A stretch of DNA of 64,000 bases from Eledone cirrhosa. Taxonomy: Eukaryota. Below, piece after piece: positions 1 through 11,844 of the stretch (positions are counted from its first letter, which is position 1; each line of letters opens with the position of its first letter). The position numbers and the translations under genes were made by a program. The notes under the pieces were generated by a model. It was not told the origin of the DNA. It worked only from the letters and a program-made list of their open reading frames with translations, and ran no database searches. Where the stretch lies: contig OZ024741.1 in the NCBI GenBank assembly GCA_964016885.1, positions 161,076,001 through 161,140,000 of the forward strand, in the 5' to 3' direction.

Positions 1-260
1 AGGAACTCAGCAGAGTCAACGGCCATCCAAATAGTACTTTTTTTTTTTTTTACCTGGGAGTGAAAGGCCCCCAGTTGTTGTCGCAACACTTTTCTAGGAG
101 AGGGAAACTCTGAAAAAAACCTGCGGCTTCGGAAGCATCCGATGATGTTGACCACTTCTCCTTTTCGGGTAGTGTTTTCGATGCTCAGAGAGTGGGATTG
201 GTTGAGTGCAAGGCCTTTCCCTACTTAAAAAACCTTCAAAGCACAGGCATTGCTGGTTCA
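1..260 (+). mobile_element. RTE-5'UTR-like repeat fragment, related to the element at 38289-38740
   Basis: Shares the blocks gagtcaa.gccatccaaa and tctaggaga.gg.aaactctga with 38307-38390. Confidence 0.45.
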
Positions 261-278
261 GGATATGTTACAAATATA

Positions 279-793
279 TAAAATTTAATTAGCGTAAAAT
301 TTTACTTATGTGATAGGGTCCGGGAAAGGCACCATAACCAATACTAACATGTTCCTTTAAGAATCAAATGTTGGTTTGTCTCCCTCACATTTTTAAAGCA
401 AACGAGGCCCTGGTTACAGGTTTGCGTGACTGGCCGTAGCTTAAAGGTGCACCAAACTCTATAACCTGACAAGCGATTGCAGTATTCTTAGCAGGGTTTG
501 TAGCCATCATGTATGTATGTATGCAAGGGCCTTGTTTCAAGGGGGTACCAGGGGACAAGTCTCTCCCCTCCCACTTTTTCAAACGTCTATATTTTGTTTT
601 TTGTTTATTTGATATCATAAATTCTTTTTAATCTTTTTTTTTTTAATAAAATTTAATTATAAAATTTAATTAGCGTAAAATTTTGCTTATGTGATAGGGT
701 CCGGGAAAGGCACCATAAGCAATTTATGCTCCTTTAAGAATCAACAAATGTTGGTTTGTCCCCCTCACATTTTTAAGGCAAACGAGGCTCCTG
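279..793. repeat. Local direct duplication of about 130 bp (279-412 and 659-793)
   Basis: aaaatttaattagcgtaaaatttt...gggtccgggaaaggcaccataa...gcaaacgaggc occurs twice with a few differences. Confidence 0.85.
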
Positions 794-842
794 TATGTAT
801 GTATGTATGTATGTATGTATGTATGTATGTATGTATGTATGT
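794..842. repeat. (TATG)n microsatellite abutting the 3' end of the R4/Dong LINE
   Basis: Perfect tetranucleotide run. Confidence 0.95.
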
Positions 843-3800
843 TTTCTCTTTCTCTTAATTTCGAGTATATTTTTTTGACCGGCCACCTTCCTGGTGGCAA
901 GGTTGTAAAAGAAAAGAAATTGTCATCCCTTGAATCGCAAGAATGTTTTGCAAATTTTGAAGGTGCCAGCTATCGCAGCCATTTGCAGACTATGAATTAG
1001 GGAGCTGCGCTTTTTGTCCGCAAATCCAAGTTCAGTCATACTTTGGTCCAAGCGGGTTGGTATATAACCCGTAGCACCAATAATGATGGGTATGAAGCTA
1101 AAGGTGTATCTTGGATACTGGATTTGTAAACTCCTCATCAATGGTCCGTAGATGTCCTCCTTCTCCTGTATTTTTCTGACAACGTTTACATCAAGTGGGC
1201 AGCTGATCTCCACAACAGAACACGTTTTCAATGTGTGGTCCCAAACTACAATATCAGGCCGGTTGTGCTTTAATTTGGTGGCAGTTTTTATTTTCAGGTT
1301 CCACCAGTATTCCTTAGTGCCATCTGTCTCAATATATTCTTCCTCGTTTGTTGTTAATTTTGTTTTCCGAAGTGCGTTCCAGATGGTTCTAGCTATCCCA
1401 TCGTGTCTCATGGGAGGTAGTAGCGAGATGACATTCTTTCGCAGCTGGCAACAATGTGGCTTACATCCTCGATCTTTGTTTTACATAGCCTACATTTATT
1501 GTCAGCTGCTGGCCCTCCTCTTTTGTGCAGCAGATATTTGGTAGGGAGTTCTTGTTCCTGTATTGCATAGAGATATGCCTCAAGGTGTGATGTCATAAAC
1601 TTGTCGGAACTCCATGCCAGGCTTTTTGAGTGGTTTATCCCCTCTATGGTCTGTGTTTTATGCCTCAAGTATCCATGCACAACTTTTTCTGTAAATTGGT
1701 CAATTTTCTTATCTTGTTTGAACATTGAATAGGATCTTCCGATTTCTCTGGGTGAGAGATTTATATCAGGCTTTATTCCATATCTCTCCTCCAAATCAGT
1801 CGCTATTCCTATGATATTTCTTTTTTCATGCTCATGAACCTGGGCAAGATGGTTGCCAACCTTTTTCCTCTGTTGAAGGTGTTGCTTCAGTGTTACTATT
1901 CGGGTCTCATATGTTGTTAATATTGATTTTAGACCCCGGCCACCTTCCTTGCGTGAGAAGTATAGCCTATCCACATCACCATTGATGTTAAAGTTGCCAG
2001 TAACACTGAAAAGTTTTCGAGTTCTAACATCCATCTCACTTAGTTCTTGCAATGACCAGTTCAGTAGGCCAAATGTTGGCGTTAGAATTGGCACAGCATA
2101 AGTATTGTGGGCAATGTATTTGTTGTATGCTGACGGTTCTGATGACCATATTTTCTTTACTCTTCTGAGGTATTCAGTTCTGGTTCTCTCCTTATTTATG
2201 GGTCCATCATATCTGACATTCTCATCCTGTCCAAGATATCTGTAGTTGTCACCTGACTGCAGAGGTTGTATTGTCAGGCCGTTCATCTCTAGATTTCTAG
2301 AGGAGGGCACAGCTCTTCCACGTTTTACTGCCAAATATGCACACTTGGACTCACCAAATTTCATTTTGATGTCGGTTGAAAATTGTGTAATGAGGTCCAA
2401 TTGTTTCTTGATGTCGTTGATATTTGGCCCATACAACTTCAGGTCATCAAAGAAAAGATGGGAGATACTTCTGGGCCCACTTCTTTGTCCACCTTGTTTC
2501 CTGAGTAGGTAAGATAGTGGGTTCAGTGAGAGAACGAAGAGTAGCACTGACAAGCTATCACCCTGAAAGATGCCCTAACTGTAAAGTCTTAATAATCCAC
2601 CCATGAGGTACACTATCAAATGCTTTTTGATAGTCCAGCCACACGACAGTCATGTTTCTTGTTGTTTTTTCCTGAACCATTTTGTTAGTTAGTAGGTGCT
2701 CTATGCAACCCCACACCTCCCTCTTTCCACCAGCTTGCTCAGGTGTTATGATGTTGTTGGTAGCACAGTGATCCTGTAAGAACAGGTTAAGGCACCCAGT
2801 ATATAATTTATACATGATGTTTTGGCAGGCAATTGGGCGGTAATTTTTCGCAAGGGTGGTTTGGCTATTTTGGGGAATAAGGAGAGTAGTGGCAGTTGAT
2901 AACCATCTGGGCAGTTCTTGTGTGCCCTTAATGGTTTCTGTAAACAGCCGTATGAGATCTTGCCGATAGAAAGTGAAATTCTTCAACCAGTATCCTGTAA
3001 TGAGGTCTGGGCCTGGTGATTTCCTATTCGACATTTTCTGTAGAGCTGTTTCCAGTATTGACCCATCTATGTCATATTGTTTTGTCTGGACATGTTGGCA
3101 GTAGTCCTGTTCCAGTTCTTTTAGCCAATTAGCTTGTCTGTTGAATCCGTCATCCGTTTCCCATACAGATCTCCAGTAGCTCTCAACCTGTTCTTTTGAA
3201 GGGGTGTTGTTTACAGGGATTGAGCTTTTGCCACCGAAGCTGCGATAAACTGATTTAGGATCTCTGGCAAACAATCTATTTAGCACTTGTCGTTTATGTG
3301 CTGTTGACTTATATTTTAGTCTTTCTGTTGTAGCTGTGAGTTGTTGTTTCAACTGGTGTAATTTGGAGTTCAAAGTTTTAAATTTTGTATCTCCAAATCG
3401 TCTCTCTAACTTTTTCTTTAGGTCTTCCTGGTGTCGTGTGAAGTTGCTCTCTATGTTGCATGTCATAACGACTGCGATGTGTGAGATACTCCGTCTCATG
3501 GACAAAATTTTGGTTTTTAAATTTCGCATCCACGCTGGTTCAGGCTTTCTGTTTGTATCTTGATTGCGTAGTTTTAGATGTGTGTTACATGATAGCAATG
3601 TGACAACAAAACATTAAGCGTTTCAAATGTCGTTTCTACACCTTTAGATCGTATAGCCTTCAGATAATTGCCAGCTATTTCGTTCACCGCTTCCAATTCC
3701 AATTTAGTGGGTTCTTTACTGACTCTAGTGTTTATGGTCTGTCACTCACATTAAGGCTGTGTATCTCTTGAAACATATCGTTCCATATCACTTGTAGGGT

Positions 3801-4055
3801 GCCCACAAGTTTTTGGTGCTCTGTTTGTTCAGTAGAGTCATGAATTTCAGCCTCGTTGTTGATGTGGTGACAATTACTACTAGAGTCAGCTGACCTTTCT
3901 CGCTGTTCTTCAGTGGAAGTGGGATGGATTTCAGCAAAATTGTTGGTGAGCTGTTCACTGTTAGATTTAGCTGGCCATTCTCTTTGTCTGTCAGTGGAGG
4001 TGGGGTGGTTGTCTACAAGGGCTGTATTTGTAGTATCACTCAATTCCGTTAGATG

Positions 4056-4564
4056 TGTAGCGACGCTGGTTGGTCAGTCTAGTCACTACTTCTGATCAGA
4101 TCCGGGAATAGTCCTTAGAAGGACTGTTATCACATACGGTCTGATCAGATATGAAGATAGCCCTTAAAAGAACTGTTGAGGATGGACAGACGAAAGCACA
4201 AGTTGAAAGGACGAAGCAAGGCGAGATGTAAATTCGATCAGCTATTTATTTTCACATGAAGCAACGATACGTGGTACAAGGCAATGCGTGTGTGAGTGAC
4301 AAAGCGTGGCAGAGTAAAGGAACAACGATGCGCTAGCTGACTCTGCCAAAAGTCGACTAGCGAAAGTGTTAGGAACCACTCTATTTATACAGGAACAATC
4401 CTTTGTTGTTTAGTCGATGTGTAGGCGTTTATTCTGGTAGGTTCTAATTCTAGTAGGTTCTAATTCTGGTAGGTTCTAAGGGTTCTTTTGTTTCACGTTG
4501 AGTAGCTAGCTAACAGGTAGATGGCGCTGTATATTTCACAGCTGTTATTTCCTGTGGCTGTACA
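4056..4564 (-). repeat. 3' LTR
   Basis: tgtagcgacg...ggctgtaca; preceded on the minus strand by a polypurine tract (aaagaaaggaactggcagggggctaa, 4565-4590). Confidence 0.95.
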
Positions 4565-5501
4565 TTAGCCCCCTGCCAGTTCCTTTCTTTGTACAACAAA
4601 AGAGCGAAATATCGTATAGGAATGGGCCAGTGGTGCATTTGTCATGACAAATAGCCCCAGGATTGTCCAGCACGTTGTGAAATTTTGTGATCATCGAGTA
4701 CAGGACAGAGTCGATGTAGAGATGATATGGCAAGATGTGTGTGTCAGGAAGAGAAAAAATAAATAAATTATAAAATGACTTTGACCAGATTTATGCAGGC
4801 GTGATGAATGAGCCTGTTGCAATTTCGGTTGAGCTGCCTGTGAATTGTGTGACAAAAAGTCTAACTGGGCATGAAGATAACCGTAATGTGTGAACTGAAT
4901 AGCCGTAAGCATGCTGCCTAAAGGTAACAGCTTGCTCCACAGCATATGACTTGAGCGAATGCATGTGGTAAAAAAAATAGCGAGGCATTCTCGAGCTATT
5001 GAGTGAATGTGTACGTGAAAACAGAAGGCCAGTGTTTTGAGGTTGTGATTTGTGAAATGCGTGATCAAAGAGAAAACATTTTGTAGTGTAAGAGTTAGAG
5101 GGACACAAATATCTATTGCTCAGTGTATGAACCAAAAGGTGAAACAAATGTGGTTTTGTAGTGTGCATGAAAAACAGAATATGTACACGCCTTGTATGTA
5201 TATAAAAATTATGGCAATTACACAATCAATGTTACAGAACAAGAAAAATACAAATTTTGCAAAACAAGAGAGAGAAGAAAAAAAAAAATGTTATACACAA
5301 TGATATACACAATGTTTGTTCTTAAATAGTGTTTGTAATAAATAATGTTCATAATAAATAATGTTCTTCGTGACATGAGCACATGGTCACTAAAAATTGC
5401 AATTGTTCAAGCAGAAAGTTCATTGTATTTGAAACTGGAAATAGTAAACAAGAAAAATGGAAATGTTTTTCACGAAGAGTGATTAAGAAACTCACTTGAG
5501 G

Positions 5502-8500
5502 TTAACGGTAATTCACATATTGTGCCAACTTTGCGGGCCAATGGACACGTCGTCCGCTTCTCGTGACTGGAGATGAAACAGGTGGCTCGCCGGGACAGCA
5601 ATCTGTTGGAGTTTCTGGTGTAGAGACTGTAACAGTATCCATGATGGCTTTTTTTAATCTGTCCACGCTGACAGAATTCTGTTTACCATCTAGATCGAGA
5701 ATAAAATATTTCGGATATTTTTTTAGAACACGATAAGGGCCAGAATATGGAGGTCGAAGATGAGCTGAGATGGTGTCGTTTCGAACGAAAACGTGTGTCC
5801 AATCATCAATGTCTGAAGGTACGTGTGTGGCCGTGTTCTGTTGACGGGTGCTTGCCGGAGCAAGGTGAGACATATATTGTCGAAGACGGTGTACGTAGGA
5901 TCCTGAGTCTGGAACATCCTGAGGAGAGATGGGAGCAACCATCTGACCAGGTAGAACCAGGGTGGTGCCGTAGACTAATTCTGCAGGTGTGTGTCCGAAT
6001 TCCTCCTTAACGGTGGATCGAATGCCCAGAAGGATGAGTGGTAGGTATTCAAACCAATGGGTCTTGTCTGGATATGCTTTTATTGCAGCTTTCAATTGGC
6101 GATGGAATCTTTCCACGAGACCATTAGCTTGCGGGTGATAAGCTGTCGTGCGGATGTGTTTACATCCTAACAGGCGAGTCAGTTCTCTGAAGAGGTGAGA
6201 GTCAAATTGGCGTCCTCTGTCCGTTGTTATCTTCGCTGGGGCGCCATAATGTGATACCCAGTGTAAAACCAAAGTTTTAGCGACTGTTTCTGCTGAGGTA
6301 TCATTTATGGGAAAAGCCTCAGGCCAACGAGAAAATCGATCGATGCAGGTGAGCAAGTGTGTGTAGTTCTGTGATGGTGGTAGAGGTCCGACGATGTCGA
6401 TATGCACATGATGAAAACGTGCATCAGGTTGCGCGAATGTGCCGAGTGGAGTTTTGATGTGTCTGTGGACTTTGGCTTTCTGGCAGGCAATGCAGCTCCT
6501 GGACCAGTCGCGCACGTCCTTGTTAATGTTAGTCCACACAAAACGAGCAGAGATGAGTTTCTGTGTAGCCCGGATTCCCGGGTGAGGCAAGCAGTGTAAA
6601 GCAGAAAAAACTTGTCGACGATGCATCTGTGGTACGTACGGTCGTTCATGACCGGTAGAAAGGTCGCACCAAATTTGTCCCGGAGAAGAAGGAATGGGAA
6701 CTTGCTGAAACTTGAGAGATGGCGAATCTCGGAGTTTCATAAACTCTTCGTCAGTCTCTTGGTCAGCTGCGATTTGTTGAAGGTCGATGCCTGAATGCAC
6801 ATGTATTGCGTTCAGCTGGATTCGGGACAGGGCGTCGGCTGCTACGTTGTCTGATCCCTTGATATGCCGAATATCAGTTGAATATTGGGAGACAAAATCC
6901 AGGTGTCGGAGTTCTCTCGGTGAATGTCGATCAGGTTTGGTACGGAACGCATAAACTAGTGGTTTATGGTCCGTGTAGATCACGAAATCTGATCCTTCGA
7001 GCATGTGCCGAAAATGCTTAACCGAAAGATAGGTTGCCAAGAGTTCGCGGCCAAAGGTACTGTATTTCGTTTCTGCCGGTTGCAACCGCTTAGAAAAGAA
7101 GGATAAGGGTTGCCACACGCCGTCGACATATTGTTGTAGAACGCCTCCAACCCCCGTGTCTGATGCGTCCACTAGCAGCGAAAGAGGAGCGCCAGACCTG
7201 GGGAAAACGAGCATGGAAGCGTTTGCCAACATTTCCTTCAGGCGGTTAAAAGATGTTAATTCTTCCTCGTTTAGAGTGATCTCTTCGTTTTTGCGAGTCC
7301 GGTTACGAAGAAGGTCCGTGAGGAGTCTGGCTGCGTCGGAACAATGAGGGATGAACCGCCTATAAAAATTCACCAGACCGAGGAATTCACGCAGTTTCCG
7401 AAGTGATGTAGATGCGGGAAAACTGCGGATAGCTTCTACTTTCTCGGGAAGTGGACGAATGCCGTCTTTATCGATGATGTGCCCGAGAAAGGACAGTGAA
7501 GGAACGCCGAGAAGGCACTTGCTGGGGTTGATGATGATACCGTACTCAGCCAAACGTCGGAAAAGGAGATCTAAGTGCTTCTCGCGTTCATTCTCGGAAG
7601 CACTTGCTACCAGTACGTCGTCAATATACGCGTATACGAAGGGTAGATCGCGTAACACGGTGTCAATGAACCGCTGAAAAGTTTGTGCAGCGTTGCGCAG
7701 ACTGAACGGCATTCGCAGGAATTCGAATAAACCGAACGGTGTTGTGATTGCGGTCTTCGGAAAGTCTGCAGGCTCCATAGGTATCTGGTTATATGCACGC
7801 ACCAGATCTACCTTGGAAAAGATACGTGCGCCTTGCAGAGAGGCAGAAAAATCGTGCAGGTGAGGTACAGGGTAATTATCGGGCACTGTAGAATTGTTAA
7901 GTGCACGATAATCCCCACATGGTCGCCAATCATTCTCGTTTTTTTTTTGGAACAAGGTGTAGGGGTGCAGACCAGTTGCTGGAGGAAGGGCGAATGATTC
8001 CGAGGTCCAGCATGTGTTGGAACTCCTGCTTGGCGATTCTCAATCGGTCTGGAGGCAGTCTCCTTGGTCGGGCAGCTGTGGGTGGTCCCTTTGTCTCGAT
8101 GTGGTGCGTGACACTATGCTTAATGGGACCATCCTTAAATACCGGGCGAGTGATGTCTGGGTATTTCTGGAGAATGCCGTTGTACCGCGAAGGCTCTGAC
8201 TGGCAAATTACAGGGCTCACTGTGGATTGCGTCGTAAATATACCTCTCACAGTGAGGTTTGTGGTGGTGTCACTAAGCCTCCGGTTCTTCATATCCACCA
8301 GAAGGTTGAAGTGGTGGAGAAAATCGGCTCCTAGGATAGGGGTCGGCAGGTCTGCCACGACGAACACCCATTGAAAACGCCGCCTCAGGCCTAAATTGAG
8401 GGTCAGAGACTTCTCCCCGAAAGTCGGAATTGACGATTGGTTCACTGCCTGCAGAAAGGACGGGGTTGGGTGTCTTTTGCCCGAGATCAGTGAAACCGGA

Positions 8501-8634
8501 ATAACATTGACCTGGGCTCCTGTATCCACGAGGTATCGGATGCCTGTCGCCTGGTCGTTAATAAAAAATAGACGACTTTTCTTTTCAGTACCAGAGGTGA
8601 ACGTCGTCGCTAGTCCCTGGTCTGCCCGTTTCCC
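5502..8634 (-). CDS. Gypsy pol (protease, RT, RNase H, integrase) with one frameshift in a poly-A run near 7940
   Basis: LVDTGAQV protease; [11 protein letters not shown] and YIDD RT; DAS...RELLA...TDHKPL RNase H; HHCC zinc finger, DDE core and GPY integrase. Confidence 0.95.
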
Positions 8635-9470
8635 TGGGTGGTATTCTGGAAAGAGCACGGGGCCCTACACTTAGATGCCCGAGCGCCGAATTCCTCGTGA
8701 TACCAGCAGAAGTTGCCAGACACACGATTTTGACTGGGACTTCTCGATCTTTGACGGTGAAAGGGTCTGGACCGACTGTTGCTGCGCCGCCGGTGTGTTT
8801 GCAGCTTTCTAATTGGTTTGAGAGAGCTTTGATTTGACCAGCCTGCTCTCTGATCATAGCCCGCAGCTCTGCAATCTCGGAGGTGGAGTCCGAGGACGTT
8901 ACGTAAGGGTTCGTCCGACGATCTACCTGTGCTACTGAGGCAAAAGGGTTTGATACTTCAGCGATCTTATCTGCGACACTCGCCAGTTCCTCCGGGGTTG
9001 CTGACTCGTTAGTCGACGCCAGAATTCCCTGCATCGATAAGGGCAAGCGCTGTATGAACAACCGTTTCAGCAGATCTTCTGAGAGCGGCTGGTCCTCCAT
9101 CAGCTGTCTCATCTTTCGCAATAGTTGGGACGGTTTTCTGTCTCCCAATTCTTCTGCAGACACGAGTTGGTTGAGTCGTCTCTGCTGTGACGCAGTCGTC
9201 CGCTTGACCAATTCCTTGCGGAATGATTCATATGACACCGTGCCTGGCGGTGCCATGACGAGGTCCCTCACTTCAGCCAAAACTTCTGGCGGGACAGATC
9301 CAATGATGTAGGTGAGTTTTGCGGCATCGGTCTTAATTCTGTTCGCGGTAAATTGCGCTTCTATGTGCGCGAACCACAGAGTCGGGTCGTTAGACCAAAA
9401 TACGGGGACTAAATGTTAACGCCGCTTGTGTGGTTGGTATCTCGGCTTCTGTCGTTTGTGCCATGTCCAT
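8610..9470 (-). pseudogene. Gypsy gag, frameshifted near 9405 and 8800
   Basis: FWSNDPTLWFAHIEAQF, LGDRKPSQLLRKM, and a C-terminal CHCC knuckle CWYHEEFGARASKCRAPC followed by QGNGQTRD-stop. Confidence 0.88.
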
Positions 9471-9509
9471 GTTAATGTTTTCTTAGGTGCTGTCTGGTTG
9501 TGCGTTCGA

Positions 9510-9527
9510 GTCTCGTCGTGGTCTCCA
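9510..9527 (-). promoter_or_regulatory. Primer-binding site, tRNA-Trp-like
   Basis: TGGAGACCACGACGAGAC lies 2 nt inside the 5' LTR and matches 14/18 positions of the canonical Trp PBS TGGTGACCCCGACGTGAT. Confidence 0.7.
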
Positions 9528-9529
9528 AT

Positions 9530-10038
9530 TGTAGCGACGCTGGTTGGTCAGTCTAGTCACTACTTCTGATCAGATCCGGGAATAGTCCTTAGAAGGACTG
9601 TTATCGCATACGGTCTGATCAGATATGAAGATAGCCCTTAAAAGAACTGTTGAGGATGGACAGACGAAAGCACAAGTTGAAAGGACGAAGCAAGGCGAGA
9701 TGTAAATTCGATCAGCTATTTATTTTCACATGAAGCAACGATACGTGGTACAAGGCAATGCGTGTGTGAGTGACAAAGCGTGGCAGAGTAAAGGAACAAC
9801 GATGCGCTAGCTGACTCTGCCAAAAGTCGACTAGCGAAAGTGTTAGGAACCACTCTATTTATACAGGAACAATCTTTTGTTGTTTAGTCGATGTGTAGGC
9901 GTTTATTCTGGTAGGTTCTAATTCTAGTAGGTTCTAATTCTGGTAGGTTCTAAGGGTTCTTTTGTTTCACGTTGAGTAGCTAGCTAACAGGTAGATGGCG
10001 CTGTATATTTCACAGCTGTTATTTCCTGTGGCTGTACA
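9530..10038 (-). repeat. 5' LTR
   Basis: Near-identical to 4056-4564; followed on the minus strand by the primer-binding site. Confidence 0.95.
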
Positions 10039-10508
10039 GATGTATCAATTTACATCTAATGATACGTTTTGCCTGTTCATTTAAATGCTTTGGAGAAAAG
10101 TCTAATTCTGGGTGTTTGGAGTTCCATAAAGTTTTTAGCCTTTGCATAAAACCGAACTTTTGGGATTCAGATTGTTTGTATGCTTCATATAATACTTTGT
10201 TAAGCTCGTAGCTCCACTGTATACAACGGTTGTAGTTGCGATTTGGTCGAAGGAGACTTGTACTTTTTGCCATGATGAGTTCGTCTATTCACTAATATTT
10301 CGTATTTATTTTTCAAAATAGTCGATGATCTTCTTTAAAAGTTACGACAAAGTTCTGTCAGAATCAAATTTAAAGTTATTCACAGCTTGGGTAATATTTC
10401 TTTTCAGTTAGTTTTTAATTCTACAACTGTGTTTTAATCATTTCTGATTTTTGCGGTTCGCTTCGCTTTTCCTGCTCGCCGAAAATGAATTCTCGCTGAA
10501 TCTATCTT

Positions 10509-10510
<2 letters not shown>

Positions 10511-10565
<55 letters not shown>
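10511..10565. repeat. (TA)n microsatellite between the R4 5' end and PLE-1
   Basis: Perfect dinucleotide run. Confidence 0.95.
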
Positions 10566-10568
<3 letters not shown>

Positions 10569-10680
10569 GAGGTTATATTTAATTAAAACAATTTTATAAC
10601 TGATATAAAGCACTCAAAAAATAAGTGGACTAAATATACAATATATTAATAAATGGAAACTATATTTATAAAACCATATT

Positions 10681-10748
10681 TATTTTATTATACATATTTC
10701 AAGGGCAACCAACGCAAATTATGGTGCGCTTTCATCAGATAAAATACA
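10681..10748 (-). ncRNA. Minimal type I hammerhead ribozyme in the left arm of PLE-1
   Basis: tattttat-CTGATGA-aag(cgca...tgcg)...ctt-GAAA-tatgta-TA-ataaaata, with a perfect 8-bp stem I. Confidence 0.8.
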
Positions 10749-11844
10749 GATTTGTTTTATAAATAAATATTGACATACCCGGAAAAAAAGGACAACCTTA
10801 ACTGTTGGAGCTTCCTGGATAGTGGAGATATTACATCTATTGAGGGTAATACAAAATTTTGAGTGAGTATGCAAATGAGTGTCCGAAAGGTTGAAAAGAT
10901 AACGGTTTATTGAAATTAAACTGTTGGAAGAAGGTGATATGTAAGGGAGAGAGAAAAAAGAAAAAAAGAAAAAAAAGAAAGGAGAAAGATAGAAGAGGAA
11001 AGAAAGAACGATTATAAATATTGATAGTGAAAATAGAGTGAATGAAGAGAATGTAGACAGCATAAGTATATCTAAAAGAGAGAAGAAATTAGAATAACGG
11101 GGAAGAAGAATATTTATAATGCAGGATTCATTACGTTTTGATTATAATACTTATAATGATAGGTTGAAAAATTAGATTAAAATTAAATTTAAATTAAAAA
11201 TTAGAAATCAAAATTAAAGATTAAAATTTACCTTAATATTACAGATTTAATTTAATAATTTAATATTAATAATTAGTTTAAATGTTAAGCATTATAAATT
11301 ATTTAAATAAATATATACATTAGAGCAAAACTAATATAGTTTATTTTATTAAAAGTTGTAAGTCAAAATTTAAACATCCAAATAATTCTAAATTTATGAA
11401 AAATTTACGAGAGTTTATAAAAGAATAACCACTTAGTTATATTATAAAAACAGTAAGGAAGTGTAAAGGAAGTTAGAAGTGATTTTTTAAGAACAGTAAG
11501 GAAGTGTAAAGGGAGTGATTTTTTAAGAACTCAGATGACTCTAAGGATTAAATGTTATAAAGTTAAAAAGTTAAACATTTTTATCTTAAGGATATAATTA
11601 AAACATGAATCATATGTTATTTTATACGAAGTCATAAATTTACTTGCTATAAAGTTAAAACATTAACATTAAAATTAAAACATTAAAAAAATTTATCTTA
11701 AGAATATATTTAAAGCATAAACCATAGGTTATTCCACATATATATAAAAAACCTATATATAAAAATCATATGTTTTTCCACATATATATAAACATTTGGA
11801 TATATATATTAAAAACATTTGGATATATATATTATAAACATAAC

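Larger units (their letters stand above)
4056..10038 (-). mobile_element. Gypsy LTR retrotransposon, CsRn1/Kabuki-like, with both LTRs
   Basis: 509-bp TG...CA LTRs (4056-4564, 9530-10038) with about 2 differences seen; 4-bp TSD GATG (4052-4055, 10039-10042); domain order gag-PR-RT-RH-IN. Confidence 0.97.
843..10510 (-). mobile_element. Apparently full-length R4/Dong-clade non-LTR retrotransposon (RT plus restriction-like endonuclease), frameshifted and interrupted by a Gypsy element
   Basis: ORF pieces 10273-10043, 4043-3732, 3598-2558, 2553-1408 and 1411-923. RT motifs SPGPD, NYRPIAC, WLDYQKAFDSV and HLFFDDLKLY; CCHC finger CRLC...HIVASC; RHD; RLE motifs RPDIVV...EISCP...EKEDIY. The 5' end sits in (TA)n and the 3' end in (TACA)n. 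Confidence 0.9.

Noticed and set aside
10274-10510. HDV-like ribozyme in the R4 5' UTR
   Set aside because: I could not identify the nested double-pseudoknot pairings by eye.
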